A stretch of 64,000 nt of DNA from Selaginella moellendorffii (Eukaryota; Plantae; Lycopodiophyta): positions 511,117 through 575,116 of the forward strand of contig NW_003314268.1 in NCBI RefSeq assembly GCF_000143415.4. Reading direction: 5' to 3'. The position numbers and the translations under genes are program-made. Position 1 is the stretch's first letter; every line of letters starts with the position of its first letter. The notes beneath the pieces are model-generated. The model saw nothing but the letters and a program-made list of their open reading frames with translations. It was not told the DNA's origin and made no database searches. Shown here in pieces: positions 26,801 through 38,400 of the stretch.

Positions 26801-29046
26801 TCTTGCACCTTTTGCTTAGTTGCCTCATAGTTGTCAAGTCCTACAACTCATCGCTGGTGCTTCCACATCTCCATCATTGTTTTGGTCACCACACTCTACC
26901 ATATGCCTTCCAGCTTAGGCTATGCTATTCCCATTTCTGTTGGGATTCCCTTGGCAAGGGGTTCTTATGAACCCATAAACATAACCTCAAGGTATCACAT
27001 CTTGGCACATTTGGTGTCTCCACACTATTGGCCCCACGAACGTATCCTTATGACACTACTTATTAGTGTCTAGGTCTTTGCCAAGACCAATATGGTTGTT
27101 TCTCATGCTAACTATCCATTAGCACCGCACCATAGTGTTTGCACCTAACTCTGGGCCAAAGTTGCTTTCTTTTGGGAACATCTTTCCCACAACTTTAGTA
27201 TGGCACATTCTACCATCAATGAGATACCTACAGTTCTCATACTTGGATCTTATAATCCTCCCCATACCTCATGGGGCACCATACACCTCAGTCCAAATGC
27301 TTCAACCTGACTCCACTTGAGTCATTCAGCATTTTGGACTTTGCTAATTCAACAACCTACGAGGTCTTAGTCTTTGAGGTGCTAACTCACTAGAATACAA
27401 CTTCTTGTATTCATGTCCTACTCACAAGGACCATTTTTGCAAGTGTTACTCCGACACTTGATGATTTTCTTGGGGTTAACCTTTGCCCCTTAGGACTACT
27501 TGTCCATGTGATGAGAATAACAACTCATCTTTAAGTACACCCCCAACTCCTTGGGTTGTTCTAGCATTTATTAAAGGTAGCCCCAACCACCATTTCAAGG
27601 ACTCATGTCCTCATCCGTATTTGACCTTTTACAGTCATTAATTCTGGTCTCAATTTCATGAGCACCAGCCTCACTATATGAGGTTAATCTTGTGACTCCT
27701 TTATTGTTTTGGAGTTTTTATCCTTCCCGTGATCCCAACTATAGTTGTTTACCACAACTACATTAGCTAGCTTGCTAAATCAAATGCTCATCTGGATCAA
27801 ATCCTCAACTCTCCGAGGAAAACCTTATACTATTCCTAAGATCCCAAAGTCGTTCCATTATTGGCCCCTTTCTATCCACCACCTCACCTACAAGTTCACA
27901 CTTGAATTGTAGTGGAGAGCTATGTCTTCCCGACTTGCTACTCCTCAAGGATAGGCCCACTTCTAGGACCTTCTGATGCCAACACTAGTGGTGATATACT
28001 TCAGCACCAATAAAAGTTAGACTAAGGAACAACTCTGATATCAAATTGTAACTGACTAATTTTTCCATTCTACTTTAGTCACTTAACCACACCTCCGACC
28101 ACTGGGAGGAGTCTCATTCATAACCTCCTTAAGTCCAATTTAGGACTTAGGACTTACTAGCCCCGAAAATGGCATCCATGCCACTCATCCTTTGCACTTG
28201 GTCCAAGTGCTCCATGTGTCTGGTCCCATGATCGACACTCAAAGGTACCACTGACATAGCAGCCTATTACGCTAAGGCCATGCCTAATCACCTTTGCCAC
28301 ACTGATGGTCCAATACCACTTGCATCACAGTCCTGCCTCTCCAAGACTGGGCCAACCATCCATGAGTGGTCATCACAGATCCACTCCTTAGCATCCTTCG
28401 GATGCCCACCAACAAGGAGAACAGCCTTCCCCACTATCCCTCTTTCAGTCCCAACCAAGTCCCGTCCTACCCATAGCCGTGTTCACCAACACTACCATTG
28501 GGTCAAGGCCCACAGGCCCGACCACTAAGTCCCAATGCCCTCTGGGACTTCCTCACCATGTGACTATGTCCTTAGTCACTATGCCAAAGGTCAACTCCTC
28601 TTCCTTTCCACAATCTGGGACTTTGGGGCAACATTTCAAAACACCATGGCCTTATGCGAGCCACCTAGGTACTCTCCCAGCCTTCCGCCCTTGGGTGCTC
28701 TAGCCATGGGCTTAGAGCGAGGTTCCGTTGAGCCACACCTGGTATCCAAGTAGGTAGTGCCACCCACACTTGGACTAGGAGCATCGGCCAGTTGATCTCC
28801 CTGGGGAACTAGAGCTGGCTCTTGAACACTTCACCAAGCTACCCTGCTTGTCAGTTCGTGTTCACTTTAGCCTTGTACTTCCCAGTGGGCAGCTCATCAC
28901 CCAACATTGGGTACAGCCTTCCTGGGCCAAACTGGCCTTTCCTGGCCAAACTGGCTCCACTACAATCCTCCCCCTTACTATACTTTTAGAGCTCACCAAA
29001 CCCCCCAGGGTTTGGGAGACGAACGCTTTGGGCTTTCACCCTATCA

Positions 29047-29460
29047 AACTCAAACTCGGACTCAAACTCGGACTCAGACTCGGACTCGGACTCAGACTCA
29101 GGCTCAGGCTCAGGCTCGGTCTCAGCCTCGGCCTCGGTCTCGGTCTCGGTCCCGGTCCCGGTCCTGGTCTCGATCTCCGTCTTGGTCTCGGTCCTGGTCT
29201 CAGTCTTGACCTCAGACTCCATCTCAGATTCCATCTCGGGTCCATCTTGGACTCCATCTTAGACTCCGTCTCGGTCCATCTTAGACTCCATCTCGGGTCC
29301 ATCTCGGACTCCATCTCGGGTCCATCTCAGACTCCATCTCGGGTTTATCTCGAACTCCATCTCGGACTCCATCTCAAACTCCATCTCGGACCCCATCTCA
29401 GGTCCATCTCGGACTCCATCTCGGACTCCATTTTGGACTCCATCTCGATCCATCTCGGGT
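29047..29460. repeat. Minisatellite in second family B LTR
   Basis: Same hexamer/12-mer array with different copy number. Confidence 0.9.
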
Positions 29461-29668
29461 CCTTTTGTGTCCCTTTTCTAGAGACTCTTTTATCTTCATG
29501 CTCAATCCTTGAGCACTCCATTGGGAGTTCCACTCTCGCTCTTGACCTTTCAAGTCGGAGCCTTTTAGTCCAAACGTGTTACGCTCGTTTGGCTTTCGCT
29601 TCGGCCACTACCACGTGGCACCCTTTCGGCTCCACTTTGGGGTTTAGGGATTTGTGTCTCACAACTAA

Positions 29669-30675
29669 CCTATATATATTATAAGTTGATGAAGCTCCAC
29701 CACTCTTGGATCGAGGATGGCTTAAATATAACTAAGGTCAAGGAGGTGCCACATCATCATCAAGAATGCGGTTCGAGACTCAAGAATCGTACAGGAAATC
29801 AGAGAGTAAGGAATAGGGAAGTGTCTCGAGAGTCAGGAATATGGTCTATGGGTCAAGAATTCGGCGAGAGTCAGAAATGTGGCAAGAATTGGGGGATTCC
29901 TGACAGTACCCCCTCCTCAAGAACGAGTGGAACGAGGACATGAATGAGAACAAAGAGGAGGATGAGATAGGCGGCGAGGGACGGGAGAGGGAGAATGAAA
30001 AGAATAATTGGGATGAGAAGGATAGCAGTGGTGGAAGTCCTGAATAAGGTCAGGAGAATGAATTAGGTTGTCCGCAAGTTCCCAAGTGCGTTCCTCAGGT
30101 TCATAACCCTTCTAGTCTACTAGATAGTAGAGTTTAGACCGTGAGATCTTGGAATCAAGGATGTCCTAAACTTCATATTTAGACCCATCCTTGAGTTGCA
30201 CTAGTGGAGGCAAAGGAATGACCCGATTTGGAATAGAACTGGGAATAAGGCTCAAGGAGAGAGGAGTGAAAAATAGGGTGAATTTGATATGAGGAGGGAA
30301 GTGCAAGGCAATAAGTGACAGCATTAATGATGATAGTGATAGGGCAAGGACCGAGGCGTTTGAAATCTTGTAAGGGGGACAATCCTGACGATGGACATTG
30401 GTGAATGTTTTGTGAGATTCCTAAGCACGATGGAGGTGGAAGGAGATGGAGTTGTGGATTTCCTGGAGGTTGGAGACAAATACCTCAGAGTGGGGACTTT
30501 AACGAGACGATTCGAATGGAGAAGGAAGTGAGAGATTGAATTGAGGATTTCGGCCAAAGTTTGCTAAGAAGGGGGAAACTCAAAGGGAGGAGTGAACAGA
30601 GTTGTTATAAAAGAACTCAGCAAGGGGAAGGATATCGAACCAATCATCCTGATGATAATTGATGAAGCACCTCAA
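29669..30675 (-). pseudogene. Ty3/gypsy chromovirus remnant: integrase C-terminus, GPY/F, chromodomain, PPT and start of 3' LTR
   Basis: Minus strand reads [55 protein letters not shown] and YEV*DILDSKISRSKLYYLVD*KGYEPEERTWE. PPT GAGGAGGGGG followed by TGTCA at ~29905. Confidence 0.8.
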
Positions 30676-31334
30676 AGCTCTATTTCGTTAAAGTGGGATT
30701 TATTCAGTAAAATGGGACTAGGTACAAATTTTCAAGTATTTGAAAATGACGTGAAATTATATGTTTTTTGTCCAGGGGCTAGACATATCTGGGGCATGGT
30801 GACTAGCGCGGTGACTTTGTGTCCAGACTGAGTCCATCTGGTTGTATAATAAATCTCATTGTCAAGGTGAACAAGCCGAATCTGAAGCTAAAGAAGAGCG
30901 ATGGCATGCGCGCACACACTATTTGTTTGTTCATTGAGCGTGTGGTGAGCTTTCCAAGATGAACGTCATTCCTATTAGCCAGACATATAACTTAATGGTG
31001 AGAACATTTAGATATTATTCAATGTTATCTTTTTCTAACGAATCTAATTGTGAAGGTGTAGCAAGAGGCATTGCTAGTCTGGAGAAGTCATTTAACTCAT
31101 TTGACCCTTAATGTACTTTCATGAAACTAAATAACATTCATATTATTAAGGAATTTCTCTAGTACCTTTTTTTTACGACATAGAGGCTTGCATTTCTTTC
31201 AAAGGTGATTTAGTAAAAGGCCTGAGGGCACATGCCATTCTATTTCTCAGACCGGTATTAAGATATACTAGTGCAAAGGGAAAAAGGTATTTGGTGATCA
31301 AGTAAATGGCATGAGGGCACACGCCATTATAAGC

Positions 31335-31592
31335 CTAAGCGCTAGTGGACACCTCCTTTTTGGTACTCTCAGCGGTACTATCATCCTTCTCCGGGTCAGT
31401 TGTTTTGCTTTGGATTGTTGTCTCTGACGTTACTGGGGCGTTCTCGATAGTTGTTAATGTTGCCGTTTGTTCAGAAAAATGATCACCTGGAGTATAGTAC
31501 GGGGAGTTTGGAAGACTTATATATTCTACATCTTCACCTATCTCCTTCTCCGTCTCCTTTTCTGCCTCACTTACAGATTTTGTGCTTGCCAT
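31335..31592 (-). CDS. Small acidic S/T-rich ORF (85 aa) inside transposon
   Basis: MASTKSVSEAEKETEKEIGEDVEYISLPNSPY... is open in both element copies. No recognisable domain. Confidence 0.3.
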   Translation of the reverse strand: MASTKSVSEAEKETEKEIGEDVEYISLPNSPYYTPGDHFSEQTATLTTIENAPVTSETTIQSKTTDPEKDDSTAESTKKEVSTSA

Positions 31593-31872
31593 GAGAACGC
31601 TCTTCACCCTAAAATATGGAGTTCGTTGTGTTATAAAAGGAAACCAACACACACGCTACAAGGGAATGATGGTACATAAAGCACGTAAGCCCACAATATG
31701 GGTTTATGTGCCATTAATATGGGCCACACGCCATATTATTAGATTTATGCACGTGTGATTGGTAAATGCATATGTCACATCATCTCAGGCCACATGCCAT
31801 CACGCCTCCTCTGATTCAGATTCGGATTGTTCACCTTGAAATAAAATACATTAGAAACTTAGTAAAGGAATA

Positions 31873-34800
31873 TTAATGAATCTCACCTTGAACCTGGGTT
31901 ATGAATGCTCTTGCTGCATCTCTTGCATGGTCTGGCAAGGTGATGGTGGCACTCTGCTTCCGCATCCAACCATGCACAACATTATCCACCGATATGCTCA
32001 TGCTGGGATCCCTTGGATTCAGCACCCATCTCTTTTCTAGGCAATCCTTCGTATATCCGGAACTTGGCTTGAACCACTCCACATTTACATTGAAGGAGTT
32101 AGTTTCCGCGTCCTCCTCTGCATCAGTGATGCAGCGCCCCACCCATATCATTTGTTTTTTATTACTGGGTCTGACAAGCACGACCATTCCTTTGCAGACC
32201 TGTACTGGATTGAATGCTGAATCCAGCTTCTTGTTCCTCGGCCCACAATAGTGATCCTCAACATCGTTATCTGTCACTGCATTTCCAGAGGACATTGTTC
32301 CGCTACTATCTGGTGCTCTGGGTTCTGGCCAAAAGGACTCTTCCAATTCTTCATATACAACCGGCCCATTTTGGATAGCAGATATAATCTTCTCCCAGTA
32401 TTCGAGCAAAGGCTTGCACCTCTGAAAATAGGATTCTCCACCAAACACCAACCCCCTCTTCCAGAAGGCAATATGCTGTCTAATCCCGGCCACTATACTT
32501 TCTTGGTCTTTGAGTCCATCCGGGTGCATCGGCCGTGGGGAACCCTGAGGAATCATAGGTTCCCCAGTTATGGGATCTCTCTTGAAGAGTTCAATGCCGT
32601 CCACTGGCAGCCACACTGTGTCCCATTCTCTCATCTTGTACCTCATCACTGGAGCACCGTCACACATGCTGAAATGAAACTGAAGAGGCTTGGAGTGGCC
32701 AATCAGCGTTTTGGATCCGTCCCTGATGTAGCCTCTTACAAACCCCTTAAAGTCTGGAACCTCTGTCAGAAGTGCAGCTTCAACAGTCCCTTTGATGCAA
32801 TTTTGGAATTCATCGTAGAGTTGTGGGAGGGTGAGGACATTGGATCGCCGGAGGGACTCTGCCAGGTGATTGAACATGGCATCGACGTCTTCATGAGTGT
32901 GCCCAACCATGAGAAAGCCAAGTGTAACCGTTTCAAATATGCCTTTGGCAACAAGCATCGCCAAGTACGCGAAGACGTACATGTTTTTGTTCTTACTGCC
33001 AGCATTGTCTGTTTGGAGCAGAAGATGGGGTGGAAGGCCACATCGGCCGCAAGAACTTCCTTGAGATTCTGCTTCGTTTGGATGAGGCTGTGCATTCACC
33101 GGGCGACCAGCCTCGTCGGAATGGCATGAGGCCTCACGTGATAACCCTACAATCTGACGGCCAACATATTCATTGGGATGGCATGGGGCCCCACGCGATA
33201 CTGCAAGCCTTTGCTCCTCCTCCAGCTGAACCCTGTATGGGGTTCGATCGACAAGGGCCTTATGCAAGGGTTGGCCATTCAGCTCAGTCTGCACACTTTG
33301 CAGAGACCTTAAGTGTTTTGCTAGGGACGCAATCATCATGTTTGCACCCCCGCCACCCCATAGAGGTACAAAGAAGTTCCCATAGTTCTGGGCACCATGC
33401 CCATGAGCGATTATGCCAAACAGAGACACAGGCAGCTGCATGGATGAAGAGATTGCCTTGGGGGCAGGATTGAGTCGAGGTAAGCACGTCTTTTTCTGGT
33501 CCATTTTGTCATGGATGATGCAGAGGTAAGAGTCAGGTCTCTCCATGGAGAGAATCCTGTTATGATAATATGCAGTCCTGCAGCTTCTCTGCTCGATGTT
33601 GTGGTCGAGCCGCCTTCTAACCAATGTCTCTCGCTCTTGAGCGCTGCAAGAATTCTTCGACAAAGCCATTTTGATAGCAGTGCACTCGTCACACTTTGAA
33701 AAGCTAAAGTACTTTCCTATACTCACATCCCTGAACCTGTTGCTCCACAATCTACTAAATCTAGATTGGCTCAGCTTCCTGTAGCCATTACTCTGGAGTT
33801 CCCAATTCACATCTTCCAATATGGCCCCCTTGGTATACATGGAAGGGAGAACTCGTTGGGTGTCTCGTGTTCCATCTTCCAAGAGGCGGGTTTTATGTGG
33901 TTGCTGCTCGCTACATGTCTCGACAAACCTCTTGAAGATTGCCTCTCCATATACAACATGACCCCTGGTTTTGTGTGTACCGTCGTTCCCATGGACTGCC
34001 TGTTGAACCCTTTGTTCCTCGAACTCAGTTTTGATTCTGTAGAATGTGGTTTGAGGGACTCCATAAATGATTCTCCATGCCTTCATGCAGACCAAACCCC
34101 TCTGGAAGACCATGCCCCCCACCTGATGTTCTGAAGCATCAACAGATGACCGTAATGCCTCATACACAAAATTGCGAGCTGCCTTCCAGGACAATGTCTT
34201 GTATTTTGCTCTCTCCTCTTCAATAGCATCCCAATCAGCATGTTGACAGCACCTCCTCTTGCAACAAGCAACTGTTGAGACCATTCGAACCTCCATCGCC
34301 ATTTTCTGCCTTTTCGGTTCGTTGCTCAGATCCCTTTGGCTGCGCTTTAGGAAGGTGTACTTTCTTTTCCCATGAAGAGATGTTCTGTCATCAGTTGTAG
34401 TGGTGTTTGATTGTGAATCCTTCACATTCTCAAACACTAAGTGCCTCAATTTCCACCGCACAATGCTTCCAATAGTCAGACTGTTTTCTTCTGTGTCAAC
34501 AACCTCTAAAATCGCAACTCCAATATCATCCCAGCCCAATTCTTGATTAGCAACCGCATCTCTTGGATCGACAACTGTGGCTAAGCCCTCAGCTACCACC
34601 TCCCCCTCGGGGTTGTTCAGAAACACCTTCGCCTGAATCCATGTAGCACGGTTCTTAAGATCCACGGAGGGAACATGCGTCGCACTTGCGCTGTCCCCAA
34701 CATCTGCTTTCTTCTGAAGATTTTTCAAGACAACAACAACATTTACCCCGACGACCATCTCTCCTCGTTCAATAGCGACCACATTCCCATCGAAGACAGT

Positions 34801-34941
34801 CTCTACTGATACAGCAGCATTGCCTTCCCCAAGCCTTTGACAGTGTATAACAAAGTTCCGATCCATAGACACAAGGGTCCCTTTTGCAACTCTCTTCCCA
34901 CCATTCAAAATGTAAACCTTTTCCCCAAATCTGAAGGCCAT
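31873..34941 (-). CDS. DD(D/E) transposase, Sola/DUF7869-like, 1022 aa, apparently intact
   Basis: RNase H-type motifs IIHDKMDQ, LQTDNAGSKNKN and GFLMVGHTHEDVDAMF. Cys motifs CCKRRCC, VCMKAW and FSKCDEC..H. Two N-terminal VAxG..DP..LG repeats. Splice acceptor immediately before the ATG. Confidence 0.8.
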   Translation of the reverse strand: MAFRFGEKVYILNGGKRVAKGTLVSMDRNFVIHCQRLGEGNAAVSVETVFDGNVVAIERGEMVVGVNVVVVLKNLQKKADVGDSASATHVPSVDLKNRATWIQAKVFLNNPEGEVVAEGLATVVDPRDAVANQELGWDDIGVAILEVVDTEENSLTIGSIVRWKLRHLVFENVKDSQSNTTTTDDRTSLHGKRKYTFLKRSQRDLSNEPKRQKMAMEVRMVSTVACCKRRCCQHADWDAIEEERAKYKTLSWKAARNFVYEALRSSVDASEHQVGGMVFQRGLVCMKAWRIIYGVPQTTFYRIKTEFEEQRVQQAVHGNDGTHKTRGHVVYGEAIFKRFVETCSEQQPHKTRLLEDGTRDTQRVLPSMYTKGAILEDVNWELQSNGYRKLSQSRFSRLWSNRFRDVSIGKYFSFSKCDECTAIKMALSKNSCSAQERETLVRRRLDHNIEQRSCRTAYYHNRILSMERPDSYLCIIHDKMDQKKTCLPRLNPAPKAISSSMQLPVSLFGIIAHGHGAQNYGNFFVPLWGGGGANMMIASLAKHLRSLQSVQTELNGQPLHKALVDRTPYRVQLEEEQRLAVSRGAPCHPNEYVGRQIVGLSREASCHSDEAGRPVNAQPHPNEAESQGSSCGRCGLPPHLLLQTDNAGSKNKNMYVFAYLAMLVAKGIFETVTLGFLMVGHTHEDVDAMFNHLAESLRRSNVLTLPQLYDEFQNCIKGTVEAALLTEVPDFKGFVRGYIRDGSKTLIGHSKPLQFHFSMCDGAPVMRYKMREWDTVWLPVDGIELFKRDPITGEPMIPQGSPRPMHPDGLKDQESIVAGIRQHIAFWKRGLVFGGESYFQRCKPLLEYWEKIISAIQNGPVVYEELEESFWPEPRAPDSSGTMSSGNAVTDNDVEDHYCGPRNKKLDSAFNPVQVCKGMVVLVRPSNKKQMIWVGRCITDAEEDAETNSFNVNVEWFKPSSGYTKDCLEKRWVLNPRDPSMSISVDNVVHGWMRKQSATITLPDHARDAARAFITQVQGEIH

Positions 34942-35307
34942 TCTGAAAGTGCAGAAAAGAAGTTAAGACCATACAAAAAATGATTGGAGAATGGCCTAAA
35001 TCATAACATACCAAACAACCTCAATAGCATGAGGCCACATGCCATTATTCAAACATGCTATTGACACCCACGTGAAATTTCGCATTCACAAAATTGGCAT
35101 GAGGCCTCATGCCATCTTGATATACACACAGCTGCAGGCAAATAAAAACATACATGACAATACGCTAGCCATGAAATTGCAAGGGCCCAAGATGGCATGT
35201 GGCCTCATGCCATTTCTAAATGTGGTCCTAAGCCATTCCATGGTGAACATACCAGGAAGCACAAGTGCCGAATATCAAGAGGAAGCGGTAGCCACACCAA
35301 AGACAGT

Positions 35308-35440
35308 GCCGCTCGCAACACCGCAACTACTCGTAGCGCCGCTCGCAACACCGCAACTGCTCGTAGCGCCGCTCGCACAAACTGCCACTTGCATAAATTG
35401 CCGCTCGCAATGGCGCTCGCAATGCCGCAACCGCTCGTAG
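35308..35440. repeat. 30-bp tandem repeat (GCCGCTCGCAACACCGCAACTRCTCGTAGC) and CGCTCGCA motifs in divergent promoter region
   Basis: Visible ~2.3 tandem units; present only in copy 1. Confidence 0.75.
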
Positions 35441-38400
35441 ACGCATAAACCACAGCCCACAACGCCGCTTACACAAGCAGCGCTCACTGCGCTTAGCGGA
35501 ACCAAGAACACGGCGCACAAAAATGATAGACCTAGGAATGAGTTTGAGAATTCAAAAATAACACACGCTTGAACGTCACATCAAATCCTCTGACAAACCA
35601 GATTTTATGATTCCTCTGACAAATTTCAAACTGAGTAGCTTCTAGACTTTGCTGTCGAAGGTTGAACTTTGTCACATCATGTCCTTGCCTCGATCCAGCT
35701 GTGCCATGTCAGTGATTCGAACTTCCAAAAACTCTCGCACGTGTTAGAATATTCTAGGAATATACTCCTATGTGCCCCTGAAAATGGCATGCGGCCCCAC
35801 ACCATTCAAGAGATAACGCCAGATGACGCTGAGCATTTTTTGGTGCATTTTTTGGGATCAAAATTGCATGAGCACAAAATTACATTGTATACCATTCTTT
35901 ATTTAGCTGAACATCTGGCATTTTTGGAAATACAAGATGCTTTGGAATATCCAATCATGCATGGTATAAATATAGCGAGGGTATTAAATGATATCCCAAT
36001 CATGATCTTTCTTTTGGATTTCGCGTGCATGTAGTCCGAGGAATGATGACGTTGCGGATTTCTTTTGGATTTCACGTGCATGCATGCGCGCGGCGACCCA
36101 GAAATTAATGGTGGCGCCCAAGTCCGAGGAATGATGACGTGGCGGGATTACCAACCGTCGTGACATTTCGCGCGTGTGAGGTTAGGTTTTGCATTTTGCT
36201 TCGTACTCGCGCTCACACACTCGCGCTCGCATCACGCTCCCACTCGCGATCATGCTCACATTCGCGCTCATCTACCTTCTCTACAGGTTTCTCGTGTGCA
36301 TCGGCGTCCACTCGCGCTTGCATCACACTCGCGCTCACATCGCGCTCGCATCGCGCTCGTGTGCATCGGCGTCCACTTCAAGACACACTCAGTTTGTAAC
36401 TTCGCCGCCAACTCCGCCGCCCACTCCGCCACCCACTCCGCCACCCACACGCAGCCCACTTGGCGTCCCGGGAGATTTCAGCGCCACTCTCCAACTGTAA
36501 GTGGTAGAGTAGCCTTGCTGCTACGATCCGCTGCACACACAGTGCACATTCGCCAGCGAGTCCGGCCTCGATTGTCACGGCCTCCATTCGACTTCAAATG
36601 GTAAGTCTTTTAGGCCAAGTAGAAAATGGCATGAGGCCACATGCCATTCAGTAGCAACATTGGCATGCACCGATTGGGCTCTCGAGTGCAGTCCGGTTAT
36701 AGATGGCGTGTAGCCTCACGCCATCTTAGGATGCAGCCTCAAGACATCTGATGCAGTGGTGAATGGCATGTGGCCTCACGTTATTTCCAGCTGCTAGCTT
36801 TTCATCTGTCAGCTCTAATTGTTGTGCATTTCTGAACAGGCGAGGAATTGCGTTCTTCTTCCAGCCACTATCAATGTGGATGCAGAGAAGGGGGAGGAGC
36901 TCACCAGTTGGACTTTCGGGATGGAAGGCGAGGATCTGAGGCTGTACAACACAGATGGTGGGAGAAAAGAATGCATGGGGATCCTCATCCAAGTGACAGA
37001 CACTCCATGCAGTTCCATGCAAGAATATGGACTGGCACTTGTGGTAGAGACAGCGTCCGCCTTCAAGATCCACCTTGCACATCCTAGCGGCTTCCCGGAG
37101 GGGGGCAGCAGCTATGAGGAATTCCTAGAGGGAGCTAGGGAGAGGTTGTCTAGGAGGCCCACAATTTCAAAGACGCTGCGGGTCTATGAAGATCACATGG
37201 AATCCACGGACCTCACCTACGGCGATGTTCAAAAACTATATTCCAACATTGAGCCGTTGAGAGTGCCTCCAGTTCACGAAGCGAAGGGGAAGGGGGTCGA
37301 TATGGAAACTACCCCGAAGCAGAAAAGGGTGGTCAAGCTCAAGCTGACGTCCGACTCTCCTGCAGCTCCAAAAAAGAAGCTACTCGGTGATGCCATTGCC
37401 TCGGGTTCGAACACTACACCCACCAAAAAGAAGAGCCGCAAAGAGCAGAAAGAGCAAGAAGAGGCAGCAAAAATCGTCGCAGATAATAGTACTTGTTACT
37501 ATTCCAACAAAGTATATACAATCGACGTGAGCCGTATCGAGATCCAAAGCAAATACAAACACAGGCTAGTATCTGATGAGTGGGTGGAGAAACTGAAGCA
37601 GAAGATGCTGGCAAGTCTAGTAACACCCGACATCGCAGACGTGATCCCCTACTACCGAACAATGAAGGGCGAGACGAGGTTTCCAGACTTGATCAATAGG
37701 AAGGTGTTGGACGATCAGAACATCCGGTTCTACGCCGTCTCCGGGCAGCATTCTAGCTTGGCGATGCAAGAGATAGTTGTGGATATTATGGTGGGCGAGG
37801 AGGTGAAGAAAGTCTTCAAGACAAGAGTTGTCCGCCTGATAAAAGGCAACTCGCCCCTCCGATCTATCATATCCATCTCCCACGCACAGAATGTCAAGCA
37901 AGAAACGTGCTACAAATCGGGTCTGCACGAGACATTGGCATGAACACGGAAGCTCTGGGTTCAACTGAAGAAGCCACAAAAACCAGGACAAGGACATGCA
38001 CTAGCAACTAGCGCCTGGCAGGTAAGCCTTGTTGCATGTGGCATAGCATGTGGCCTCACGCCATTTCCATTGCAGGAATTTTCGGGTCTTCTCTCGAAAA
38101 CACTGGGGGTCAATGACACACTCAGCATCCATAACATTCTACTCGCAACAAAAGTTGTTTTTGACAAATGGGTAGATGTGCTGAGGAGGTACCATGACGG
38201 GGAGTTGCTAAACTCAATGGGTGTGGAGGACGGTCGGAAGCCCAATGATTTGAAGCTCAACGCCTTGCGTTTCTCGCGGTCTCTAGACGACGACAACCTT
38301 CTGACAGTGGCTAATGCTCTTCTACGTGGTGAGGTAGTCTTCAACAAGACCAAAATGACTCCCGGCCATATTGTGACATACGAGGACTTGTGCACGACTC

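Larger units (their letters stand above)
22466..29663 (-). mobile_element. LTR retroelement family B, degenerate
   Basis: LTRs 22466-24033 and 28047-29663 (TG...CA, visibly more diverged than family A). TSD ACTAA (22461-65 / 29664-68). Mutated iMet PBS at 28033-28043. Purine tract adjacent to 24034. Internal region has only short broken ORFs. Confidence 0.88.

Noticed and set aside
32251-33129. 292-aa antisense ORF (and twin 51864-52742)
   Set aside because: Antisense to the transposase, no motifs; conservation explained by recent duplication
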